Positions 57,248-64,000 of a stretch of 64,000 nt of DNA are shown here, one piece after another. The notes under the pieces were generated by a model, which saw nothing but the letters and a program-made list of their open reading frames with translations, had not been told where the DNA came from and did not search any database. This DNA is from Gammaproteobacteria bacterium. Its GTDB lineage: Bacteria; Pseudomonadota; Gammaproteobacteria; Steroidobacterales; Rariloculaceae. The stretch spans positions 6,034 through 70,033 of the forward strand of contig JAJDWR010000036.1 in the NCBI GenBank assembly GCA_022825505.1, read 5' to 3'. Position 1 is the first letter of the stretch. Each line of letters opens with the position of its first letter. The translations under genes were made by a program, and so were the position numbers.

Positions 57248-58471
57248 TCAGGCAGCCGAATTTCCGGATCCATCGTTCTGAGGCTCCAAGCGTAGGTCGG
57301 CCGTGTAATACGACTTGGGTTCGCCTTCCCCGTTGTCGTCCCTGTAGTAGACGATAGTTTGTCGGCGGGCTGTCTCGTCCCGCTTCTCCATGGCCTGCAA
57401 CCAGGACCTGATGGAGTCTTGCACCTGGGCCAATTCGTTGTCGCGGATCGCCTTCGCGTGTTCGGCGGTTTTCTTCATCACCTTGCTGCGCCACCGCAGA
57501 ATAACCTCACGCTTCCACCAGCCCGTTTCCTTGAGCGATTTTTCCAGCGCCTCCAGGTACTGCTCAAGCCAGTTGTCCTCAAGGAGTTCGCCGGCGCCGC
57601 GACGAAACGCCTGGATGCTCGCATCAAGCGCGTCGACCCTTCGCTCCAGATCGGCGGAATTCTCCTGCACCGCCAGTCTGAGCCGCAAACCCTCGGCATG
57701 GATTCCGGCCACACTTGACAGCGCATACAGATGCCACTCGACGGGCATCGTGCGCATTTTCAACTCCGCCGACGCGACAGCTGTTCCGGTGTCCTTTCCG
57801 GGCGCGGGCTCATTGATCGACAGGCCATGCTTGAATCGCGCCACGCTCAGATCTCTCTCCACCAGCGCCAGTCGGACTTTCATGTCGTCCGTGAATCGGT
57901 GGCTCAAGTCCCATTCCCCGGCAATGTCCTGTAGCCGTGCGAGGGCGCTTAGCGCCCGGGCGCAGTCGTCGTTTATGTCCCTCTTCATCAGGTAGTGAAT
58001 CGCTTCAGTCAGGCTGTCCAGCGACGCCTGCAGACGGTCGAACCTTGCAGATAACATCGTCGAGGACACCGACATGAGAATCGCCAAGGGCGCCACCACC
58101 GGCAGAATCGCTGAGCTGGCCGCAATGAACGGCGCCTGCGCCACAATGCCGCCGGTTCCCATGACCGCCGAACCGACACCACCGCCGATACTCATCAACG
58201 TGGCGGGATTCGCCGTCGCCAGGAAAACGTTGCCGGCGGCCAGCGACGAAGCGGCGACCGATCCGGCGCCCAGCAGGGGCAGGCAGGAGGTGCTCAACGC
58301 GCCGCCGGTTTCGAACGGTTTACCGTGATTGTGCAGGTTGCGGTCGATCAGATGACGCACTTCGAGACTGGCGTCGCTGCCCAAGTCCACGATGCCAAGT
58401 TGGTTGTCCCCGTCCCGCACGATCCAACCCTGCGGTTTCTTCGGCGGACGGTTTCCGAATATCAACCGCAC
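57248..58471 (-). CDS. Hypothetical protein with Gly/Ala/Ser-rich hydrophobic (glycine-zipper-like) region and long helical C-terminal part
   Basis: GTG 58471 with GAGGAG 7 nt upstream. aa ~60-140 read LLGAGSVAASSLAAGNVFLATANPATLMSIGGGVGSAVMGTGGIVAQAPFIAASSAILPVVAPLAILM. No family recognised. Confidence 0.5.
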   Translation of the reverse strand: MRLIFGNRPPKKPQGWIVRDGDNQLGIVDLGSDASLEVRHLIDRNLHNHGKPFETGGALSTSCLPLLGAGSVAASSLAAGNVFLATANPATLMSIGGGVGSAVMGTGGIVAQAPFIAASSAILPVVAPLAILMSVSSTMLSARFDRLQASLDSLTEAIHYLMKRDINDDCARALSALARLQDIAGEWDLSHRFTDDMKVRLALVERDLSVARFKHGLSINEPAPGKDTGTAVASAELKMRTMPVEWHLYALSSVAGIHAEGLRLRLAVQENSADLERRVDALDASIQAFRRGAGELLEDNWLEQYLEALEKSLKETGWWKREVILRWRSKVMKKTAEHAKAIRDNELAQVQDSIRSWLQAMEKRDETARRQTIVYYRDDNGEGEPKSYYTADLRLEPQNDGSGNSAA

Positions 58472-58728
58472 AAATTGCTCCTCGACGCGCCGACAGGCGC
58501 GTTACACTAGCAGCAACGACTCGGCAGCTCCACAGCGAATCTAGCGAGCGAACGAGTTAACGCGGGCAGAGTCCACAGACCAGACACACCCGAACTTGTG
58601 ACATAGGAAAATCGTATATGCTGGTCGCCGCAAGGCGTGGCAGCGCATGGTGAGCTGAGGTAGGCAAGGCACGCCAATGCAAGGCAAGGTATGGGGAAGG
58701 GTCGCATAATGCGGCCCTTTCCGTGAAT

Positions 58729-59319
58729 TCATGATTTACTTGAAGCGCCGAACTTAGTTCGAGTACTAAGCCGTCCCGATCCAAAGACTTGACCCACGAT
58801 TTCTTTTCGGAGCTCGATTTCCGCGTCCCTTTGGGCCTTTACTTCATTCCATGATTCGCGCACCCCGGTGAGGTTCTTTACATTTAGGTACGCTGTAAGC
58901 GTAGGAAGAAAACGGCACCAGCCATCCACATCGCTCGTGGCCGGACAAGGGACCTGCAGTTTTTTCAGTTTATAGATCAGCGCAATGAGTCTTGCTTCTG
59001 TTGGGCGCTTCATTTTCGGGGTCTGTCCGGAACCCGTAAAAGTGTTATCTCCTTCCAACATCGTGAGAATATTCTCTGCGTCTACCGCAAGCTCCCCTAA
59101 CCTTACGCGTGGCGAGAGCCTTTTCATTAGAGACCAATTCAGCATCACTAACCCTGCCAGACCACCAACGGCCAATCCGAAGAACACTCCGGGACTAGAG
59201 AGTGCACCAATTACAGTCTGGCCGTCCGTCATCATTAGCGCACGGACGAACTCAAAAACAGCCCACGCTATCTCAGCAATGAGCAGAACGCTGCCGATAG
59301 ACTTGCTACGCTGATCCAT
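58729..59319 (-). CDS. Hypothetical membrane protein (two N-terminal TM helices + soluble domain)
   Basis: 196-aa ORF in a visibly AT-richer stretch. No clear RBS and no family recognised. Confidence 0.4.
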   Translation of the reverse strand: MDQRSKSIGSVLLIAEIAWAVFEFVRALMMTDGQTVIGALSSPGVFFGLAVGGLAGLVMLNWSLMKRLSPRVRLGELAVDAENILTMLEGDNTFTGSGQTPKMKRPTEARLIALIYKLKKLQVPCPATSDVDGWCRFLPTLTAYLNVKNLTGVRESWNEVKAQRDAEIELRKEIVGQVFGSGRLSTRTKFGASSKS

Positions 59320-59695
59320 GTGGCCATAGTACTAGAATTTCGGATCGTTCAGCTCAGGCATTGAGCGCGTTATACACTCAAAAGAATGGCGCGGCAGACG
59401 AGTGACAAACGCCCGTGCTCGCCCCTCAACCCAAATTGATGATTTAAGCGCTGGCCAGACCGCCAACGACGACGGTGTGCGCCGGGTCGATACCCATTTT
59501 TCGGGCATTCTCGTGTGACCATCAGCAAAATGGCAAAGACGCCGTTGACGTCACGACCCACGGACCCGTCCAGTGCGCAAACATCTTCCAGTGCACGAAC
59601 TGCGTCCCGCTTGTCGAGTATCCATAGCCTCTCCTGCAATGTAAAATGCTAGTTTTACTTATACGTTTCTGACAAATATACTGGAGTACCAACCC

Positions 59696-60292
59696 ATGTG
59701 GGGCCTTCCCAAGCGCATCATGGAGCATGCCGGAGCCCTTCCGGAGGCCACGCCGCTGTGTCCGGGCGCTTTGCTACACCTCGGGAATCGTGCGGCAATC
59801 GATCAAGCGTTGTCGCGGCTTGCACGGTCGGACAAGTTGATGCGCATTTGCCAAGGCGTCTACATGCGCCCGATCGAGACTCGTTTTGGCATTCGAGCGC
59901 CCAACGTCGGCAAAGCGATTACCGCGCTAGCGGCGTTGTGGGGCGAGACCATTGTGCCGTGCGGCGGTTCGGCAGCGAATCGCCTCGGGCTGACCAACCA
60001 AAATCCGGTGCGGATGGTCTATCTCACGTCGGGTCCCAGCCGCTGGCTGCATTTTGGGGGACATGCCGTCGAATTGCGCCACGCCCCGCGCTGGCAGCTC
60101 GCGGCGCCTCATCGAAAGGCGGGTGACATCATCCGTGCACTGGCATGGCTCGGGCCCGACGAGGTCGAGTACGGCCTGGATGCAGTTGTGCCCGAACTTT
60201 CTGCGGTTGAGCTGGACGAACTGGCTGCCGCACGGGCGGTGATGCCCAACTGGATTGCCGAACCGGTTAGCGCGCGGCTCTCGTATGGCTGA
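59696..60292 (+). CDS. AbiEi-type (DUF6088-like) type IV antitoxin / transcriptional regulator
   Basis: IDQALSRLARSDKLMRICQGVYMRP pattern. The stop overlaps the start of the AbiEii gene by 8 nt. Confidence 0.7.
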   Translation: MWGLPKRIMEHAGALPEATPLCPGALLHLGNRAAIDQALSRLARSDKLMRICQGVYMRPIETRFGIRAPNVGKAITALAALWGETIVPCGGSAANRLGLTNQNPVRMVYLTSGPSRWLHFGGHAVELRHAPRWQLAAPHRKAGDIIRALAWLGPDEVEYGLDAVVPELSAVELDELAAARAVMPNWIAEPVSARLSYG

Positions 60293-61307
60293 GGTGCGAT
60301 TTCAGGATTTGTCCGTCGCCGACCGCCGGGACGCATTGGAAGTAGCCGATCGTACGAGTAGCCACAAGGCACACCTGCTGGAAAAGGACATCTGGGTTGT
60401 CGCAGCGCTGGACGTGCTGTTCGAAGCGCCATTCGCCGAACACCTGACCTTCAAGGGCGGCACATCGCTCTCGAAAGTGTGGCGCGCGATTTCCCGTTTC
60501 TCCGAAGATGTCGATGTCACCTACGACATTCGCGCCTTCGCACCGGACCTGGTGGCAAATGCCGGCGATGAGGCGCTTCCCCCCACGAGCAGCCAGGAAA
60601 AGCGCTGGACGCGGGCCATCCGCACCCGGCTGACCGGGTGGGTTCGGGATCTGGCCCTACCAATCGTCGAGGAAGAACTTGCGCAAGCCGGCTTTGCGGC
60701 GGAGGTTCGTGCTGACGCGGACTGTCTCCACATACAATACGAGCCGCTGTTCCAGGAGACAGGATTCGTGCGCCCCGAAGTCAAAATCGAGTTCGGCGCT
60801 CGTTCCACGGGCGAGCCGCACGCTATCTACCCGGTCGTGTGCGACGCGGCGGCCCACCTGCCCGAATTGGCCTTTCCGGAGGCCCGCCCCACCGTAATGA
60901 TTGCCGAGCGCACCTTCTGGGAGAAGGCGACTGCCATCCACGTCTACTGCCGCCAGCAGCGGCGCCGTGGAGAGCGCCTGTCGAGACACTGGCACGATCT
61001 CGTGCTACTTGACGAAGCCGGCATCGCGGCAAGCGCGGTTGCCGACCGCGAACTTGCGCTATCGGTGGCGCGTCACAAGGCGATCTTCTTCAGGGAAAAC
61101 GATGTCCATGGCGAGCGAATCGATTACCATGCCGCGGTGTCCGGCGGCTTGCAACTCGTTCCCTCCGACACCGCGCTCGCGGCGCTCGCGGACGACTACG
61201 AGAGAATGCTGGCCGACGGCATGTTGCTCGGCGATGACGGGTCGTTCGATGCGCTGATGAAGCTATGCGCAGTGATTGAAGCGCGAGCCAACCGCTTGCT
61301 TGCATGA
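60285..61307 (+). CDS. AbiEii/AbiGii-family nucleotidyltransferase toxin
   Basis: ATG 60285: ...HLLEKDIWVVAALDVLF...LTFKGGTSLSKVW..ISRFSEDVDV (NTase GS...DxD). Confidence 0.8.
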   Translation: MAEVRFQDLSVADRRDALEVADRTSSHKAHLLEKDIWVVAALDVLFEAPFAEHLTFKGGTSLSKVWRAISRFSEDVDVTYDIRAFAPDLVANAGDEALPPTSSQEKRWTRAIRTRLTGWVRDLALPIVEEELAQAGFAAEVRADADCLHIQYEPLFQETGFVRPEVKIEFGARSTGEPHAIYPVVCDAAAHLPELAFPEARPTVMIAERTFWEKATAIHVYCRQQRRRGERLSRHWHDLVLLDEAGIAASAVADRELALSVARHKAIFFRENDVHGERIDYHAAVSGGLQLVPSDTALAALADDYERMLADGMLLGDDGSFDALMKLCAVIEARANRLLA

Positions 61308-61466
61308 GGTTTTTTCTCACAATCGTTCCAATTGCCGTGCCGCTTCAGAGCCACTGATTCCACCTTAATTTGGCTGCCAACCTGTCCAAGGATTGGGGTC
61401 CACCTCTAGCCTCTGTTCGAGGCACGCGTCAAGGAGTTTCCTGATGTCCGTGAGTACGCTGGGGAC

Positions 61467-61787
61467 TTGACGAAAGCGTATGAGTTGGTCGTTGACACGA
61501 TTCAGGCTACAGCGGAGGTCTTCGAAGGGCTCAACCGGGCGCTACCCGATCCCATGGTTCCGCAAGATGAATTCAGCGGGCAGATCACGCTACTTCTGCC
61601 GAAGTCGCTGCATCGGCTCTTGTCCACAATTGCCGAAGGTGAGGGCATCAGTCTCAATCAGTTCCTGGTCAATGTGCTGGCTTGCCGTGGTGGCGTGCAT
61701 AGGGGAATCGAGTATCGCTATTCGCAGACGCCCGTAAACGAGCCCTACTACGAACAGATCGAATACCGGCGGCGGCTAGCAGCCTAG
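61467..61787 (+). pseudogene. HicB-family antitoxin remnant (RHH C-terminus intact, N-terminal domain truncated); no hicA
   Basis: GQITLLLPKSLHRLLSTIAEGEGISLNQFLVNVLA is the HicB RHH tail. The same frame stays open upstream only to TAG 61407, and that stretch (PLFEARVKEFPDV...) has no ATG. The only starts are TTG/CTG. Confidence 0.45.
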
Positions 61788-61961
61788 CGCTCGGGGGGCG
61801 ATTGGAGGAACAGCTTCAACGCGCGATTGACGTATTGTCAATTGATGAGGAAGAGCCTTAACGCGTTTTTTTAGCGCGCGGCAGCCCGACAGGCACCGGT
61901 CGGGTCGATCAATTCGCGCGTTTCAACCATTGGCAGGACCCTCCATGAGCCGGTTCGTGAC

Positions 61962-62018
61962 GCTAATCGTCTCAAAAACAAGCAGATTGTGAGACGATTA
62001 GCCTGTAGAATCGTCTCA
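61962..62018. promoter_or_regulatory. Triple AATCGTCTCA repeat (13-bp perfect inverted repeat plus a third direct copy) abutting the fic start codon
   Basis: GCTAATCGTCTCA (61962..61974), N15, TGAGACGATTAGC (61990..62002), then AATCGTCTCA (62009..62018). The ATG is at 62020. Confidence 0.5.
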
Positions 62019-62019
62019 T

Positions 62020-63168
62020 ATGTGGATCTGGCAACGCCCTGAGTGGCCGAATTTCGTCGTGGACGCCTCTGAGTTTTCGGAGCGTGTCGAGACCTTCCAT
62101 CGCAAGGCCGAACGTCTCGCCGGGCAGGTGGAGGCGTTGTCGGACACCAACCAGACCGATGCGTCGGTCGATCTCATGCTGTCCGAGGTGCTTGCCTCCT
62201 ACGCCATTGAAGGCGAGACGTTGGACCGCGATTCCGTGAGGTCATCTCTATTGGCCCATTTCGGTCGGGTAGTCAGCGATGAATGGCGTGCCAACGACAA
62301 GGCGGCTGCCGCTGCCGACCTGATCGTCGACGTGCGGCAGAACTGGCATCAGCCGCTCACTCACGAGATGCTCGGGCGATGGCAGTCGCTGGTCGTCGTG
62401 GATCAGATTACCAGCCTCATGATGCGCGGCGCCTATCGCAACCATCCGGAACCGATGCGAATTGTCAGCGGGGTCCGTGCCGGCCGATCAGGCCGAATTC
62501 ACTATGAGGCGCCGCCGTCCGCTGACGTGCCGGCCGAAATGGAACGGTTCGTGGACTGGTACAACGGCAGCACCTCGGATCTCCCCGGCCCTGTTCGCGC
62601 GGCCGTCGCGCATGTCTGGTTCGAAAAGGTCCATCCGTTCGATGACGGCAACGGTCGTGTGGGTCGCGCGATTTCGGATCACGCACTCTCGCAGGCCCTC
62701 GGCCGCCCGACACTCGCGTGCCTGGCCACCGCCATCAACGAGGATCGCGCCAGATACTATGCGGAACTGGAAACCGTCGGCAGGGGCGAGATTGACTTGA
62801 GCGGGTTTGTGGATTACTTCACTCGGGCTGTCACCCGGGCGCAGGAGATTGCCGTTGCCGAGGTCGCCTTCGTTCTGGGCAAGACCCGGTTCTACGAGCG
62901 CCATGGCGAGCATTTGAACGAACGGCAGCGCAAAGTGACGGCCCGCATCTTCAGGGAAGGACGCGCAGGATTTGCCGGTGGGCTGTCCAGGAAGAACTAT
63001 GCCACCATCGCCAGGTGCTCACCGGCGACCGCCGCTCGGGATCTGGCTGATCTCCTGAACATGGGCGCTCTGCTTTCCCACGGGCAAGGCCGTAGCACCC
63101 GCTATGAGATTTCGTGCCCGGAGCCGTCTGCGGTGGCGCGGACCGTCGGGCGATCACGCGGGCGCTGA
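62020..63168 (+). CDS. Fic-family protein (DUF4172-type N-terminus, Fic core, C-terminal winged helix)
   Basis: Fic motif HPFDDGNGRVGRA. C-terminal ...SPATAARDLADLLNMGALLSHGQGRSTRYEI. Confidence 0.85.
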   Translation: MWIWQRPEWPNFVVDASEFSERVETFHRKAERLAGQVEALSDTNQTDASVDLMLSEVLASYAIEGETLDRDSVRSSLLAHFGRVVSDEWRANDKAAAAADLIVDVRQNWHQPLTHEMLGRWQSLVVVDQITSLMMRGAYRNHPEPMRIVSGVRAGRSGRIHYEAPPSADVPAEMERFVDWYNGSTSDLPGPVRAAVAHVWFEKVHPFDDGNGRVGRAISDHALSQALGRPTLACLATAINEDRARYYAELETVGRGEIDLSGFVDYFTRAVTRAQEIAVAEVAFVLGKTRFYERHGEHLNERQRKVTARIFREGRAGFAGGLSRKNYATIARCSPATAARDLADLLNMGALLSHGQGRSTRYEISCPEPSAVARTVGRSRGR

Positions 63169-63250
63169 TCCGAGACACAGCCCGCACGCCTCAGCAACAA
63201 TTGCCCGAATTGAATCCGGCCCAGGCCGGATGCTATCCCTCATCCGCACC

Positions 63251-63529
63251 CTACCGATCATCAACAACGATTCTGCCGGCTCTCACGACGAGTTGTACGT
63301 TGCCCAGATTGGAAATGTCCGCGATCAGGTCACCATCCAGAATGACGATGTCTGCGAGCTTCCCAGGTTCGAGCGGGCCGATCTCGTGACTGAGGCCCAA
63401 GTACTTGGCGGCGTTGCGCGTGATTGCGGTCAACACCTCCGTACTGGAGAGTACGCGACCATGTAACGTCGCTTCCTTCAGGAGAGGCGTTGGCCGAAGC
63501 ACGACCACGATCACAGCTCCCTTGTCCAC
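63251..63529 (-). pseudogene. C-terminal fragment of an amidohydrolase-superfamily gene
   Basis: Only ~90 aa: ...TRNAAKYLGLSHEIGPLEPGKLADIVILDGDLIADISNLGNVQLVVRAGRIVVDDR, the typical C-terminal strand region. No upstream body in any frame. Confidence 0.5.
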
Positions 63530-64000
63530 TTTCCCTGTACTACCGTGGCGAACGCTTGTTGGGATTAACTTGTTCCCTCAGGTTGCGACGCCACCTAGCG
63601 GACGGTTGTTCGACTGGGCGCAACGGTGGGACCGTGTGCGAGGTCGGCGTGCAGCAGCCGGATGGCTGGGAGCGACGTGCAGCGAGTGTGTCGCAGTTTT
63701 TGGTTGCCCTGTGCGAGTTTCTCCCCAAACCGCTCGTTTTCTTGCCGCGACAACGATGGCGATCTCCGCATAGTCTCGAACCAATCACCACTGGAGGGCA
63801 GATACGCTCGAGGAGTCGGTACCGCGCGTAAACCGCACTCTTTTTCACATTATCACATTTACAATGTCTATTAGCCATATATTATCGGAGTTGTTAAAAT
63901 AATGGTCCCTATGGTTTTGAACTTGGATGATTTAAATGGCTATGGGCCATCCACGAACGCAACGGCTAAAGCCATTTCTGGACAAGGTTCCACCGGGATT

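Larger units (their letters stand above)
55357..64000. other. Putative accessory/defence-gene island downstream of tRNA-Ser (continues past the window end)
   Basis: Starts right after the tRNA. Contains TA/Abi/Fic/XRE genes, gene remnants and patches that are AT-richer by eye (about 58.5-59.7 kb and 63.84-64.0 kb). No integrase or att repeat identified in the window. Confidence 0.4.

Noticed and set aside
59370-59639. 89-aa minus-strand ORF between the membrane protein gene and abiEi
   Set aside because: It has no RBS, no recognisable motif and an Arg-rich tail. It overlaps the likely abiEi promoter region.
63540-63878. ORFs and an HTH-like fragment (…RLLHADLAHGPTV) in the spacer upstream of the amidohydrolase stump
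   Set aside because: The translations are low-complexity or broken by stops. Any similarity to XRE/antitoxin tails is too weak to support a feature.
63945-64000. Partial ORF MAMGHPRTQRLKPFLDKVPPG... as a second AbiEi-type antitoxin
   Set aside because: Only 18 codons are in the window, which is far too short to assign.
1-64000. CRISPR arrays, rRNA genes, IS elements/transposases, large tandem repeats
   Set aside because: I noticed no regularly spaced direct repeats, rRNA-like stretches or transposase motifs while reading both strands. This is a by-eye scan, not a computed one.

Overview
This is a high-GC window, and its gene order looks gammaproteobacterial (ppsR/ppsA, orn, rsgA, recR-ybaB-dnaX, tRNA-Ser); that taxon call is inference. 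It splits into four parts. (1) nt 1-7.4 kb holds a compact RiPP locus that I rank as the most interesting content. It has a bacteriocin-type ABC exporter (5' end at the window edge). Next is a two-domain enzyme whose first 78 residues are a paralogous copy of the precursor's leader, fused to a prenyltransferase/squalene-cyclase-repeat toroid. A fused E1-like/YcaO cyclodehydratase and a 372-aa unknown protein follow. An 83-aa NHLP-type precursor lies convergently, with a predicted core of only Leu-Cys-Cys-Cys-Trp. No azoline dehydrogenase, C39 peptidase or HlyD adaptor is visible; they may lie upstream of the window. (2) 7.6-47 kb is mixed accessory/metabolic content. It contains a LolA-like + OM-barrel pair, a Trp-halogenase-like flavoprotein, an AlkB hydroxylase fused to a degenerate GlnE-like domain, and a CusCBA-type efflux operon with a His/Cys-rich small protein. 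It also has an IPMS/citramalate synthase, Lrp, and two full-length paralogous secreted proteins with predicted N-terminal His-His. Further genes are a B3-like MBL with a QxHxDH motif, an MFS gene broken by one in-frame TAG, a Mo-hydroxylase/UbiD/YciI operon, VapBC, and a run of secreted beta-propeller proteins. (3) 47-55.4 kb is housekeeping. (4) From tRNA-Ser(GGA) at 55266 to the window end lies an accessory stretch with visibly AT-richer patches. It carries an XRE regulator, two unknown membrane proteins, AbiEi/AbiEii, a HicB remnant, a Fic protein with a triple-repeat operator, and an amidohydrolase fragment. I found no integrase, transposase, CRISPR array or rRNA. All family names are from motif recognition by eye and memory. 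No database search was run.
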